A stretch of 63,718 nucleotides of DNA, the filler included, from Licmophora abbreviata (lineage: Eukaryota): the NCBI GenBank assembly GCA_900291995.1. It is 17 parts of 17 records of this genome, joined end to end, with 100 filler letters (N's around TTAATTAATTAA, not from the genome) between each part and the next. Parts side by side here need not be neighbours in the genome. Positions count along the whole stretch, not along the records: positions 11,465 to 12,960 come from OLMU01001150.1; positions 13,061 to 18,653 come from OLMU01001151.1; positions 18,754 to 21,116 come from OLMU01001152.1; positions 21,217 to 23,033 come from OLMU01001153.1; positions 23,134 to 25,534 come from OLMU01001154.1; 12 more parts are not named here. One strand, written 5' to 3'. The notes under the pieces are model-generated. The model searched no databases, was not told where the DNA came from, and saw only the letters and a program-made list of their open reading frames with translations. Positions 12,562-23,354 of the stretch are shown here, piece by piece. Numbering within the stretch: position 1 is the stretch's first letter; each line of letters begins with the position of its first letter. Position numbers and translations under genes: made by a program.

Positions 12562-13373
12562 TTAGTGTTTCAGACTTGACCGGGCAAGATCAAACACCTT
12601 GCGCATCACGGTGGGCAGATCCGAAGGGCGGAACGCGGTGGCGGGGATGAAGGCGCCCCTCAGCGGGGCGGCGTTCTGCGGGACATGCGCCACCTTGATC
12701 GCCAGCCGCAGATGGAAATGCGTGAAGGTATGGCGCGCCTCTTCGCCAAGGTCGGTCCAATCCGCCTCGATCGGTGGGGCGGGGATGGGGGCGCTTTCGG
12801 TCCAGTCGCTGCCGGGCCAGCCCAGCATCCCGCCCAGAAGCCCCTTGTCGGGGCGGGTTTCCAGCAGCCACGCGCCATCGGCACGCCGTGCCACATAGGC
12901 GATGCCGTGCCGCATGGGTTTGGGCTTTTTCGGGGTCTTGCGCGGCAACTCGGCCTGCACNNNNNNNNNNNNNNNNNNNNNNNNNNNNNNNNNNNNNNNN
13001 NNNNTTAATTAATTAANNNNNNNNNNNNNNNNNNNNNNNNNNNNNNNNNNNNNNNNNNNNGCATTTCAAAAGGTTGCGCGCCCGCGCATAATATCCAAGC
13101 CCCGCCCATTCGCCCATCACCTGCGCATCGGGGGCCGCCGCCAGCGCCTCGACTGTGGGCCAGAGCGCCGTGAACCGCTCGAAATAGGCGCGCACCGCCG
13201 CCACCGTCGTCTGTTGCAGCATCACCTCGGACAGCCACACCCGATAGGGATCGGGCCGCTGGCCCGCCAACCGCGCCGCCGGCGCCACGCGCCACGGAAG
13301 ATCGCGCGCATGCGCGTCATACCACGCCAGAAGATCGGCGGGATCCGGCCCGTCACCCATCGCTGTCACGCAT
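12562..13373 (-). CDS. mutY: A/G-specific adenine glycosylase (middle lost in gap 12961-13060)
   Basis: N-terminal [40 protein letters not shown]-terminal NUDIX-like GLLGGM and HTFTHF. The start is ambiguous (13373, 13369 or 13360). Confidence 0.93.
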
Positions 13374-13453
13374 TCTTTATCTCCTTCAAGGGCTTTCCGG
13401 CTGGCAAGAGCCGACACATGCCTTAAGATAGCGGACAAGTCGAGGAAGCCAGC

Positions 13454-13963
13454 ATGACAAGGCGCGAAAGCACGACAAGGGGTTTCAAGCGCACCGCACA
13501 GCTTGTGCAGGGGCGCATCCGCCATGCGTCGGAAAGCCGTGGCTTCGCACAGACCCGGCTGCTCACCCATTGGCCCGAAATCGTGGGCGAGGATATCGCC
13601 GCCATCGCCCGGCCCGTCAACATCTCCTACACCCGGCAGGGGTTCGGGGCGACCCTGACGGTGCTGACCACCGGCGCGCAGGCCCCCATGCTCGAGATGC
13701 AGAAGGAAACCCTGCGCGAGAAGGTCAACGCCGTTTACGGCTATAATGCCATCACCCGCATCCGGGTGACCCAGACTGCGCCCACCGGCTTCGCCGAAGG
13801 GCAGGCCAGCTTTCAACACCGGCCCGCCAAACCGGAACAAGCCGCCCCCGATCCGCAAACACAGGCCCGCGCCGCCGATCTTGCTGCCCCGATCGGCGAT
13901 GCCGGTCTCAGATCTGCGCTTGAAGCCCTGGGGCGGAACGTTCTATCCAGATCCAAACGCTGA
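13454..13963 (+). CDS. DUF721/DciA-like protein
   Basis: [15 protein letters not shown] and [11 protein letters not shown] motifs. Conserved position divergent from mutY and upstream of dsbA. Confidence 0.8.
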   Translation: MTRRESTTRGFKRTAQLVQGRIRHASESRGFAQTRLLTHWPEIVGEDIAAIARPVNISYTRQGFGATLTVLTTGAQAPMLEMQKETLREKVNAVYGYNAITRIRVTQTAPTGFAEGQASFQHRPAKPEQAAPDPQTQARAADLAAPIGDAGLRSALEALGRNVLSRSKR

Positions 13964-13984
13964 CAAAACCGAAAGGGATCACGC

Positions 13985-14650
13985 ATGACCCGACTGACCG
14001 CAATCGCGGCCCTCTGTCTCGCCCTCGTCGCCGGTGCCGGCTGGTGGCTGACCTCCGGCAGCACCACTCCGCCCGATCTCACCTTCGCTGCCAATGCGCA
14101 GGAAGCCTCCGAGATCGACACCTCCTCGATCACCGAAATGTCGATCGGCAATCCCGATGCGGCGGTCACCGTGATCGAATACGCCTCGTTCACCTGCCCG
14201 CATTGCGCCGATTTCCACGGCGGTCAGTTCAAGCAGCTCAAGGCCGACTATATCGACACCGGCAAGATCAACTTCATCTACCGCGATGTTTTTTTCGACC
14301 GCTTCGGCCTCTGGGCCTCGATGCTGGCGCGCTGTGACGGGCAGGATCGGTTCTTCGGCTTGACCGCGATGCTCTACGAAAAGCAGAAGGACTGGGTCGG
14401 CCAGGGTGATCCGGTGGGCATCGCCAATGAATTGCGCCGCATCGGCAAGGTCGCCGGTCTGGAAGAGGATCGGATCGAGGAATGTCTCGCCGATCAGGAC
14501 AAGGCCAAGACACTGGTCGCATGGTACCAGAAGAACGCCGAAGCCGATGACGTCACCTCGACGCCGACGCTTGTCATCAATGGCCAGAAATACTCCAACA
14601 TGGCCTATGCCGACCTCAAGGCGATCATCGACGAGAAGCTGGGCAACTGA
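13985..14650 (+). CDS. DsbA-family thiol-disulfide oxidoreductase
   Basis: Signal/TM segment, EYASFTCPHCA, cis-Pro STPT. Confidence 0.92.
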   Translation: MTRLTAIAALCLALVAGAGWWLTSGSTTPPDLTFAANAQEASEIDTSSITEMSIGNPDAAVTVIEYASFTCPHCADFHGGQFKQLKADYIDTGKINFIYRDVFFDRFGLWASMLARCDGQDRFFGLTAMLYEKQKDWVGQGDPVGIANELRRIGKVAGLEEDRIEECLADQDKAKTLVAWYQKNAEADDVTSTPTLVINGQKYSNMAYADLKAIIDEKLGN

Positions 14651-15762
14651 TGAGCGCACCACTCGCCGGCCTCAAGGTTGTCGAACTCGCCCGTATTCTG
14701 GCCGGTCCCTGGGCCGGCCAGACCCTTGCCGATCTGGGCGCCGAGGTCATCAAGGTCGAAAGCCCCGCAGGCGATGACACCCGCCAATGGGGCCCGCCCT
14801 TCATCGAGCGCGACGGCGACCGCTCCGCCGCCTATTTCCATTCCACCAATCGCGGCAAGGCCAGTGTCGCGGTGGATTTCCGCACGCCCGAAGGGCAGGC
14901 GCATCTGCGCGACATCATCCGCGACGCCGATATCGTGATCGAGAATTTCAAGGTCGGCGGTCTTGCGAAATATGGCCTGGATTACGACAGCCTCGCAGCG
15001 ATCAATCCCGGCCTGATCTATTGCTCGATCACCGGCTTCGGTCAGGATGGGCCATACGCGCATCGCGCGGGATACGATTACATCATTCAGGGCATGTCGG
15101 GCCTCATGTCGATCACCGGCCATCCCGATGGCCAGCCGACCAAGGTAGGCGTCGCCGTCACGGATGTCTTCACCGGGGTCTATGCCACCACCGCGATCCT
15201 TGCCGCGCTGCACCAGCGCGGCGCCACCGGCAAGGGGCAGCATATCGACATGGCGTTGCTGGACGTGGCGGTATCGATCACCGCCAATCAGGCGATGAAC
15301 TACCTGTCCACCGGCACGCCGCCGGGCCGTCTTGGCAATTTTCATCCCAATCTGTCTCCCTATCAGGTCTTCGACTGCGCCGATGGGTTCATCATCATCG
15401 CCGTGGGCAACGACGCGCAATTCACCCGGCTTTGTGCGCTTCTGGGCTGTCCCGATCTGGCCGATGATCCGGACTACGCGACCAATCCCGCCCGTGTATC
15501 CAACCGCAAAAAGCTTGATGATTTGCTAACGGAACGCACGAAACGCTTTTCCAAGGCCGATCTTCTGGCCGCCTGCGAGGCGCAGGGCGTGCCCGCAGGC
15601 CCGATCAACGATCTGGCCGAGGTCTTCGAAGACCCTCAAATCAAGGCCCGCGGCATGAGGGTCGAGCTTGACGGCGTGCCCGGTGTGCGCTCGCCGTTCC
15701 GGTTTTCCGGCGCCGAGCTGGCGCTTGTTCGCCCCTCGCCCCGGCTTGACGAAGACGGCTGA
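14650..15762 (+). CDS. CaiB/BaiF family III CoA-transferase
   Basis: LADLGAEVIKVE, GDDTRQWGPP, IENFKVG, CSITGFGQDGP, GYDYIIQG. Confidence 0.93.
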   Translation: MSAPLAGLKVVELARILAGPWAGQTLADLGAEVIKVESPAGDDTRQWGPPFIERDGDRSAAYFHSTNRGKASVAVDFRTPEGQAHLRDIIRDADIVIENFKVGGLAKYGLDYDSLAAINPGLIYCSITGFGQDGPYAHRAGYDYIIQGMSGLMSITGHPDGQPTKVGVAVTDVFTGVYATTAILAALHQRGATGKGQHIDMALLDVAVSITANQAMNYLSTGTPPGRLGNFHPNLSPYQVFDCADGFIIIAVGNDAQFTRLCALLGCPDLADDPDYATNPARVSNRKKLDDLLTERTKRFSKADLLAACEAQGVPAGPINDLAEVFEDPQIKARGMRVELDGVPGVRSPFRFSGAELALVRPSPRLDEDG

Positions 15763-15786
15763 CACCGTGGCATTGCCGACGCCGCG

Positions 15787-15800
15787 TTGATTCAGATCAA
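15787..15800. promoter_or_regulatory. FNR/FixK-type binding site
   Basis: Perfect TTGAT-N4-ATCAA (TTGATTCAGATCAA) about 120 nt upstream of a ferredoxin gene. Confidence 0.8.
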
Positions 15801-15918
15801 GAGCGGCGGCGCCGATTCGGTTTACCTTGGGTCATTGCGCCTGTTTCGGATAACGTCCCGTCTCCTCCCCGCGTGCAACCTGATCCGGTTCCGGCGTTCG
15901 TCCTGATATGAGGGCACC

Positions 15919-16248
15919 ATGCTGCGTACCGACGATCACACTCCCCCCGATCCCCTTCCGACGGCCCGTCGCCGTCCGCCGCGCCCTCCCGGTGCGCGCT
16001 CCGAAGACGGCCTTGCAGCGCGCTGCACCGGATGCGGCGATTGCGTCTCGGTGTGCCCGGCCTCGATCCTGTCGCTCGATCCCGATGGCTACCCGGTTCT
16101 GCGGGGGGCTGACCGCTGCGGGCATTGCGGTCTGTGCGCCGATGTCTGCATGTTCGGTGCGATCGAGCTCACGGCCCGCACCCGCACCGGTCTGGCCCTC
16201 GTGATGGCCAACGAACGCGGCATGTCGCGCCACCCCGGCGAGGGCTGA
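15919..16248 (+). CDS. small NapF-like 2x[4Fe-4S] ferredoxin
   Basis: RPPG, then CTGCGDCVSVCP and CGHCGLCADVC. SD GAGGG. Confidence 0.8.
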   Translation: MLRTDDHTPPDPLPTARRRPPRPPGARSEDGLAARCTGCGDCVSVCPASILSLDPDGYPVLRGADRCGHCGLCADVCMFGAIELTARTRTGLALVMANERGMSRHPGEG

Positions 16249-16314
16249 GCCGGGTGATTTGTGTACGGGATGGACACAAATTCCGGAAATCTCTCCGCAG
16301 GTCGTCCTGAACGC

Positions 16315-16340
16315 GTGTAGGTTTCGTACGAATCCTACAC
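16315..16340. repeat. 26-bp near-perfect palindrome (REP-like or bidirectional terminator)
   Basis: GTGTAGG-T-TTCGTACGAA-T-CCTACAC between convergent genes. Confidence 0.6.
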
Positions 16341-16342
16341 AT

Positions 16343-17347
16343 CTACTCCCGCCGCAGCCCGACCCGCGCCAGCACCTCCTCCAGCGGGGTCCAATCCTCC
16401 AGTTCCAGCCGCACGGGAAGCGTCAGAACCTTCTTGCGAAACTCCGCCGGAAGCCGCACCGCATCCTTCTCGGTGGTGACCAGTTGGGCATGGATCAGCT
16501 TGGCTTCGGCCTCCAGCCGCATCATCAGCGACTGTGTCAGCGGCTGGTGGTCCTCCAACGCCTCCGCGCGGGCGAGCTCGCCTCCAAGTCCTTGTAAAGT
16601 CGCAAAGAATTTCGCGGGATTGCCGATGCCCGCAAAGGCCAGAAAGCGTGTCCCGGTCCAGTCCATCCCGGTTTGCAGTGGTGCCAGACGGCCTTTGACA
16701 TGCGGCACAGCGATCACCTTGCCCCATCTGTCGACAAAGCTCTCCTGCGCCGCCTTCGGCCCGATCGACAAGACGGCATCCGCCCGGGCCAGCCCCTTGG
16801 TCACCGGTTCGCGCAATGGCCCTGCCGGAATGCAGCGCCCATTGCCGAAACCCTGCACCGCATCCACCACGATGAGGGATATATCCTTTTTTATCAACGG
16901 GTTCTGATGCCCGTCATCCATCACGATCACATCCGCTCCGGCCCGTTCCGCCGCCTTCGCCGCCGCCGCCCGGTCCTTCCCGACCCATATCCTCGTGAAG
17001 GCCGAAATTAGCAGGGGTTCATCCCCAACCTCTTGGGCTGTATGGGTTTTTTCGTCCACCTCCACGGGTCCATCCAGCGTTCCGCCATGCCCGCGCGAGA
17101 TCACATGCACCGTTTTGCCCATCGCCTGCAAATGTTGGACAAGCGCGATGACCGTCGGTGTCTTTCCGGTGCCGCCCGCATTGATGTTGCCCACGCAAAT
17201 AACTGGAATTGCAGGGAAATATTTCGGTTCCGCCGCAACTCTCCGGGCTGTTGCGGTGGCGTAAAGCGCCCCCAGGGGCGCCAGGATCCGCGCTTTCAGC
17301 GCCGGTGTGTCGGGGTCCGTGAACCAGAAATCCGGCGCGCGCATCAC
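16343..17347 (-). CDS. lpxK: tetraacyldisaccharide 4'-kinase
   Basis: [41 protein letters not shown]. Confidence 0.96.
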   Translation of the reverse strand: MMRAPDFWFTDPDTPALKARILAPLGALYATATARRVAAEPKYFPAIPVICVGNINAGGTGKTPTVIALVQHLQAMGKTVHVISRGHGGTLDGPVEVDEKTHTAQEVGDEPLLISAFTRIWVGKDRAAAAKAAERAGADVIVMDDGHQNPLIKKDISLIVVDAVQGFGNGRCIPAGPLREPVTKGLARADAVLSIGPKAAQESFVDRWGKVIAVPHVKGRLAPLQTGMDWTGTRFLAFAGIGNPAKFFATLQGLGGELARAEALEDHQPLTQSLMMRLEAEAKLIHAQLVTTEKDAVRLPAEFRKKVLTLPVRLELEDWTPLEEVLARVGLRRE

Positions 17348-18558
17348 CTTGCCCCCATCACATCAAGCGTATCCTGCACAAGATCCATGATTTTGTCAGT
17401 GACTTCAGAGCCTTGCGAGGCCACGTCCCATGCCGCATGTGCCATCGCCGCCGACTGATCCGGTGCGATCAACCTCTGCACCGCCGCCGCCAACGTCTCT
17501 GAATCCTTTACTATTCTGGCGCCACCGGCCTCGGCGAACCGTGAGTAGCTCGACAGGTATCGCCGCACGTTCGGCCCATACAGGATCGCCGATCCATGCG
17601 CCGCCGGCTCATTCGGGTCGCGCCCCCATTGCCCGCTTTCCAGCGAACTGCCCATGAAGGTAATCGGCGCAAGCCGATACCATAACCCCATTTCACCAAA
17701 GGTATCCGCCAGCAAAATCTGTGTCGTTTCCTCGGGCATGGCCCCTTCCGACCACACGGCAACCCGCCAGCCTTTCTCCTGCATGCGGGTCTTGAAACGC
17801 GGCCCGTCAGCTGGATCGTCCGGCACGACCACCAGCAAAGTCCGGTGCGCAAGGCGGCTGACCACCCGGTGCGTTTCCATGATCGTGTCCAATTCGCCCG
17901 GCTGGATCATCGCTGCCAGCCATACAGGCCGCCCGCGCAGCAGCGAAGCCATCTCTTCGCGGTCGGAATCGTTGTAACTCAGGGCGATGGCGCCTTCCTG
18001 AAACGGGCCGGTGACCAAAATCTCGGCGTCCTTCACCCCAATACGATTTAGAAAGCGGACAGTCGTGGCCGATCGCGCCATGATCAGCGCGAACCGTTCC
18101 AGCAGCGCGCGGGGCAGGTCGGGAAACCAGCGCCATGCCGAATGGTCGAGCAGGGCTTCGGTCGCGTCCACCAAATAGAGCGGTACCTCTTTTTCATCCG
18201 CCACGCTGATGAAAGCCGGGTGCAGGTTGCCCCCGGCCCAAAGGCATATATCCGGCTTCCAATGGTCGAGAAACGCCTTTGCATTTGCGGTCGTATCCGC
18301 CGGAAGCCTTTGTCTCAGAACGTTTTTCGAGCGCGTTTGCCCGATCGGCTCGTCCGGGGTTGTCAGCAGCATGAAAAGCCCCGGTCGCTGTGCTGCCAGT
18401 CGTCCGGCAAGTTGTTGAAGCGCATCGACATGCTGTGGCTCGACAGCATAGGCCCAGATCAGTTCTCCCCCGGGACGCTCGATCTCGGGGCGGGTGATAT
18501 CCTGAGAAGACCCACGGGAATAGGCCAGATACGCCGCAAGGCTGAGCGATCGCCGCAT
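17344..18558 (-). CDS. waaA: Kdo transferase
   Basis: [43 protein letters not shown]. Overlaps lpxK. Confidence 0.88.
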   Translation of the reverse strand: MRRSLSLAAYLAYSRGSSQDITRPEIERPGGELIWAYAVEPQHVDALQQLAGRLAAQRPGLFMLLTTPDEPIGQTRSKNVLRQRLPADTTANAKAFLDHWKPDICLWAGGNLHPAFISVADEKEVPLYLVDATEALLDHSAWRWFPDLPRALLERFALIMARSATTVRFLNRIGVKDAEILVTGPFQEGAIALSYNDSDREEMASLLRGRPVWLAAMIQPGELDTIMETHRVVSRLAHRTLLVVVPDDPADGPRFKTRMQEKGWRVAVWSEGAMPEETTQILLADTFGEMGLWYRLAPITFMGSSLESGQWGRDPNEPAAHGSAILYGPNVRRYLSSYSRFAEAGGARIVKDSETLAAAVQRLIAPDQSAAMAHAAWDVASQGSEVTDKIMDLVQDTLDVMGAR

Positions 18559-18982
18559 GGGGTCTACCCGCGCTCCATGCGCGCCGGTGGAGCGGTTTTC
18601 CCCCTGCCGGAGACCCTGTCGCGGGCGTGATCTATGCTAGAAAAATCAAGTCTNNNNNNNNNNNNNNNNNNNNNNNNNNNNNNNNNNNNNNNNNNNNTTA
18701 ATTAATTAANNNNNNNNNNNNNNNNNNNNNNNNNNNNNNNNNNNNNNNNNNNNAATCAAGTCTTTCCGATGGCCCGAATGCACCGCCAGCTTGGTCCAGC
18801 AGCGCTCTGCCGCAGGCCGGATCGAAGCTATGGGCCATCGGGATTGTCCTTGTCGATTTTGTGTTCCCATACAGGGTATTCTATTGCCGCGCAGCGTCAA
18901 GCGGATGGCCCTCGCCGCTCCCGCAGTCTTGACGCAGGCGGTAAAACGAGCCACCAGACAGGCTCCTTATGCGGATAAAACC

Positions 18983-19729
18983 ATGCCGAAACCCTTTCTT
19001 ATCCTGCAGTTGCGCCCCGAGGCCGAGGCCGCCGACGATGAATTCGCGGCAATCCTGCGTAAGGCGTGACTGACCCCGGACGAGGCGCATCGTATCCGCC
19101 TTGATCAGCAGCGGCTGCCGAATGATCTGTCGCTCCACGATCATGCCGGTGTCATCGTGGGGGGCGGGCCGGGCTGCGTGAGCGATGCGCCCGAGGAAAA
19201 ATCTCCGATCGAGGCGCGGATCGAAGCAGATGTCCTGTCCCTGATGCCGCAGATCACCGAGCGGGATTTTCCTTTTCTGGGTTGCTGTTACGGGATCGGG
19301 ATCCTTGGCAAGCATCTAGATGACGCGGTCGGCAAGGGGCGGTATGGCGAGCCTGTGGGCACATCGGATTGCAGCCTTACGGACGCGGGGCGCGCCGATC
19401 CCCTGCTGGCGGATATGCCCGATCGGTTTCAGGCCTTCGTCGGCCACAAGGAGGCGCTCGAGGCCTTGCCCGAGGGCTGCGCGCATCTGGTGCACTCCGC
19501 GGCCTGTCCGTTCCAGATGGTGCGTTACGGACGGCATGTCTATGCCACGCAGTTTCATCCCGAGGCGGACGCGCAAGGCTTTGAAACAAGGATAAAAATC
19601 TATCGGCACAGGGGGTATTTTCCACCCGAGACCGCCGAGGATCTTATCGCCATGTGCCGCGCCGCCGAGGTGCATGCACCCGAGCGCATTCTGAGGAATT
19701 TCGTGAAACGCTACCGCGCTGATGCGTGA
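18983..19729 (+). pseudogene. class I glutamine amidotransferase with in-frame TGA at codon 29
   Basis: A single frame runs from ATG 18983 (MPKPFLILQLRPE) through TGA 19067-19069 to VIVGGGP, nucleophile LGCCYG and TQFHPE. Nonsense mutation or base-call error. Confidence 0.8.
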
Positions 19730-20967
19730 AAGCGGTTGGCGTCGTAAGGGGTCAGGTCGATGTTGGGGCGCTGCCCGTCGATCAGCCCGGCGATGATCCG
19801 GCCTGTCTTGGGGCCGGCAGTCAGGCCGACATGCTGATGACCAAAGGCGGCAAAGACGCCCGTTCCGCCCAATTCGCCCACCAAAGGCAGGCTGTCCGGC
19901 GTCGATGGGCGAAAGCCCATCCATTCCTCGACATGATCGGCGCGAAGGTCCGGAAACACCTTGTTTACATGGCTCCGGATCAGCTTGAGAGGGGCAGCGG
20001 AGGGGCCTTTTTCGATCCCCCCAAGCTCGACCGTGCCGGCGCAGCGCAGGCCGGTGGCCATGGGGTTCACGGCGAACTTGCCGGCCGAGATCATCAGCGG
20101 GTGCCGGGGCATTTGCGAGGGGTTGACGAAATGCAGGTGATAGCCGCGCTCGGCCTCGAGATGGACCTTGATCCCCAGCTTGCGCATCAGTGGTTTCGAC
20201 CAGATGCCAGCGGCCAGAACCGCACGGTCGCACGGCATCGGCCCCTGATCGGTCTCGACCCCCGTGATGCGTCCTTCGGTCAGGGTTATGTCCTTGATAT
20301 CGCGCTGTAAATACTGGCCACCTTCATCGCGCAGAACCTCGGCGAGATCGGCCATGTAGGCGCCGGGATCGGCGATATGGCCATGCCCCTTGAGCACCGC
20401 CAGACAGCCGACGGAGGGGCCGAGCATCGGCTCGATCTCCTGCACCTGTGGCCCTTCATGGAGCGTGGGGATCATGCCCACTTCGCGCTTGATGCCCCAG
20501 GCGAAGGCATCTGCGTCAAACGCCTTGCGCGAGGGGTAGGCATAGCCGAAATCACTGGAAATCACCCATTTCGCAGCGCGGGTGCCGCGTGTGAGGGCGA
20601 TATGCTGGTCGACGCTGTCGGTGACCATGGGGATCAGCGCGTCGATCATGCGGCGGCAATCGCGGGGGTTTGCATTGCCCACGAAGCGCGCCAGCCAAGG
20701 CGCGAGCCGGGGCAGATAGCCCCATTGCATGAACAGCGGTGAGTTGGGATTTACAAGGTATTTCAAGCCTGTAGTCAGAAGATCAGGGGTGTTCACCGGC
20801 ACCATGGCCCATTGCGCCAGCAAGCCCGCATTCCCATAGGACGCCCCCGCGCCCGGTCCGTCCCGGTCGACCAGCGAGACGTGATGGCCGGCGCGGCGGA
20901 GCCAGATCGCGGAGCTGAGGCCGCAGATGCCGGCGCCGATCACGATGATCTTTCTGGGTGTGGTCAT
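19711..20967 (-). CDS. FAD-dependent D-amino-acid dehydrogenase family protein
   Basis: IGAGICG, GASYGNAG, ERGYH, WMGFRPSTPDSLP, GHQHVGLT. Confidence 0.9.
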   Translation of the reverse strand: MTTPRKIIVIGAGICGLSSAIWLRRAGHHVSLVDRDGPGAGASYGNAGLLAQWAMVPVNTPDLLTTGLKYLVNPNSPLFMQWGYLPRLAPWLARFVGNANPRDCRRMIDALIPMVTDSVDQHIALTRGTRAAKWVISSDFGYAYPSRKAFDADAFAWGIKREVGMIPTLHEGPQVQEIEPMLGPSVGCLAVLKGHGHIADPGAYMADLAEVLRDEGGQYLQRDIKDITLTEGRITGVETDQGPMPCDRAVLAAGIWSKPLMRKLGIKVHLEAERGYHLHFVNPSQMPRHPLMISAGKFAVNPMATGLRCAGTVELGGIEKGPSAAPLKLIRSHVNKVFPDLRADHVEEWMGFRPSTPDSLPLVGELGGTGVFAAFGHQHVGLTAGPKTGRIIAGLIDGQRPNIDLTPYDANRFHASAR

Positions 20968-21270
20968 GGCGGGGTCCGAGTGTTGTGCTGAAGGCACCTA
21001 ATCCGAGGTTTTGGACCGGGGCAAGCGGGTGTTTTCGCGCGCGATGCGCGAATCACCGTCAAAGCCCTTGGTTAACAGGGCAAACCGGCATCGGCATCGC
21101 GACGGTATCACGTCGGNNNNNNNNNNNNNNNNNNNNNNNNNNNNNNNNNNNNNNNNNNNNTTAATTAATTAANNNNNNNNNNNNNNNNNNNNNNNNNNNN
21201 NNNNNNNNNNNNNNNNCGGTATCGCGTCGGTATCGAGGGCGGTGCAGGCGAGCGTTAACGCGCCGTGCGG

Positions 21271-22188
21271 TCAGGCCCGGGAAATGATCGCGCCGGGATT
21301 GGCGAAATAGGACTGACAGCGGGCGACGAATTCGGTGACGGCGCGGCGCGGCGCCTGCTTGTTGTAGCCGACCGACAGGGTGAGGGTGGGCAGAGGATCG
21401 AGGATCGGACGCGCGACAACGCGTTCGCCCGCATAGCTGATATCGGTCAGCGGCAGCATGTTGAGGATCGCACAGCCCGCGCCGCTGCCCACAAGGCTGC
21501 GGACCATTTCGGTTGAATTGGCGTGGGCGACAATGCTTGGGCGCTGTCCTGCCATGTCGAAGAGCCGGCTGTAATAGTCGGTGACCACAGGCCGGTCCAG
21601 GGTGATGACCGGTTCCTCCAGCAGATCGGCAAGATGGATCGCAGGCTGCGCGGCCAGAGGGTGATCCGCCGCCATAAGGCAATAGGCGGGCGCCTCGATC
21701 AACGGGTCATGGTCGATCCAGGGTGCTGCCGCGTCGGAGACGAAGAGGATCGCATCGTAGTCGCCCCGGTGCAGGCCAAGCTGCACCGCGTCGTTGTCGC
21801 CTTCGTACAGGTGCAGGGTCAGGTCGTGGCGGGGCTGCATCAGGTTGGACAGGATTCCCGGCAGAAACGCCGGAGCGACGGGCGAATAATACCCGACGCG
21901 CAAAGCCCCGGTGAAGGACCGTTTCAATTCCGCGCCATCCTTTAGAACCGTATCGAACTCTTCCAGCAGCGTCGCGAACTTGCGCAGCATCACATGACCG
22001 TCGGCGGTGGGTGTGATCCCGCGCGAGCGCTGCCGGGTCACCAGCTTGAGTTGGAAATGCGCCTCGATCTGGTCGATGGCGGCCGACACCGCCGAGGCGG
22101 CGATCCGAAGCTCGGTTGCGGCGCGCGATATGTTGCCGTGCCGCAGGGCGACGGTGAAATAGCGCATGGCTTTCAAGCTGACGGTCAT
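21271..22188 (-). CDS. LysR-family regulator
   Basis: N-terminal HTH (GNISRAATELRIAASAVS) and substrate domain. ATG 22188 follows GGAGG. Divergent from the desaturase. Confidence 0.9.
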   Translation of the reverse strand: MTVSLKAMRYFTVALRHGNISRAATELRIAASAVSAAIDQIEAHFQLKLVTRQRSRGITPTADGHVMLRKFATLLEEFDTVLKDGAELKRSFTGALRVGYYSPVAPAFLPGILSNLMQPRHDLTLHLYEGDNDAVQLGLHRGDYDAILFVSDAAAPWIDHDPLIEAPAYCLMAADHPLAAQPAIHLADLLEEPVITLDRPVVTDYYSRLFDMAGQRPSIVAHANSTEMVRSLVGSGAGCAILNMLPLTDISYAGERVVARPILDPLPTLTLSVGYNKQAPRRAVTEFVARCQSYFANPGAIISRA

Positions 22189-22318
22189 GCTGGCCCTCCG
22201 GTCCGGGAGTATCCTCGGATTTTGCGTGGAAATTGCAAAGTATTTTCTGTTTTTCACATAAATGACGCTGGGCGATACTTGGCCGCAACCCATCGATCCG
22301 CATGCCAAGGAGGCCAGG

Positions 22319-23033
22319 ATGTCGGACGACCCCGTGAAAGGCTGGAACCATCACCCTGCCGTGCCATTGACCGTATCCCCGTTTTTCACATGGCCCCTAC
22401 GCCCGTTCGAGATGCTGCGGTGGGTGTGGAATTCGTGGTTCCTGATTTCGGAAAAGCTGATCCTTGTGGGGATTGCCTTTGCGTCGTTCTACTGGTTTCA
22501 GCCGCCGCTCGAGGAGACCAGGACGCTGGCGGTGGGCTGGATCGCCGAGCTCTATATCCGCAACCTGTGTCTGATGACGTTGGTTGCGGGCGGGCTGCAC
22601 ATTTATTTCTATACGTTCACCGCGCAGGGCCAGAAACTCAAATACGATCCGCGCCCTTTGATGGTGAACGGCAAGCAGTTCACGCTTGGTGGCCAGATTC
22701 GCGACAACATGTTCTGGACCCTGGGCAGCGGCGTTTTTTTCTGGACCGCCTATGAGGTGTTGATGTTCTGGGCGATGGCCAACGGGTATGCGCCGGTTCT
22801 GACATGGGCCGCGCATCCGGTGTGGTTCGTGGCGCTGTTCTTTCTGATCCCGGTCTGGGAGAGTTTCTATTTCTACTGGATTCATCGCCTGTTGCATGTG
22901 CCGGTGCTGTATCGGCATGTGCATGCGCTGCATCATCGCAACATCAATGTCGGGCCATGGTCGGGGCTGTCGATGCATCCGGTGGAGCACGCGATCTTCC
23001 TTGGATCGGTGCTGATTCACTGGGTCGTTGCCG
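22319..23033 (+). CDS. sterol desaturase / fatty-acid hydroxylase family (truncated by gap)
   Basis: FYWIHRLLH, HALHH, SMHPVE histidine motifs. SD AAGGAGG. Confidence 0.88.
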
Positions 23034-23134
23034 NNNNNNNNNNNNNNNNNNNNNNNNNNNNNNNNNNNNNNNNNNNNTTAATTAATTAANNNNNNNNNNN
23101 NNNNNNNNNNNNNNNNNNNNNNNNNNNNNNNNNA

Positions 23135-23209
23135 TGGTGGGCGATACAAGGTTCGAACTTGTGACCCCTTCGATGTCAACGAAGTGCTCTACCGCTGAGC
23201 TAATCGCCC
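23135..23209 (-). tRNA. tRNA-Val(GAC)
   Basis: GGGCGATTAGCTCAGCGGTAGAGCACTTCGTT-GAC-ATCGAAGGGGTCACAAGTTCGAACCTTGTATCGCCCACCA: cloverleaf with encoded CCA. Confidence 0.97.
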
Positions 23210-23354
23210 ATGAATACCGATACGGACCCTGCCCCAAACAATAGGGGCGCGGAAAGCCGCGCCGGTGAGAGCGGTCTATAAAAGGAGTCGGAATAGGGAT
23301 CAAGGGCTTTTAGAACGCTATTTTCGGTCTATGATGGCGACAACAGGAGAGACG

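Noticed and set aside
19067..19069. Selenocysteine at the in-frame TGA
   Set aside because: The position is far from the catalytic Cys, which is normally encoded, and no convincing SECIS hairpin was identified.
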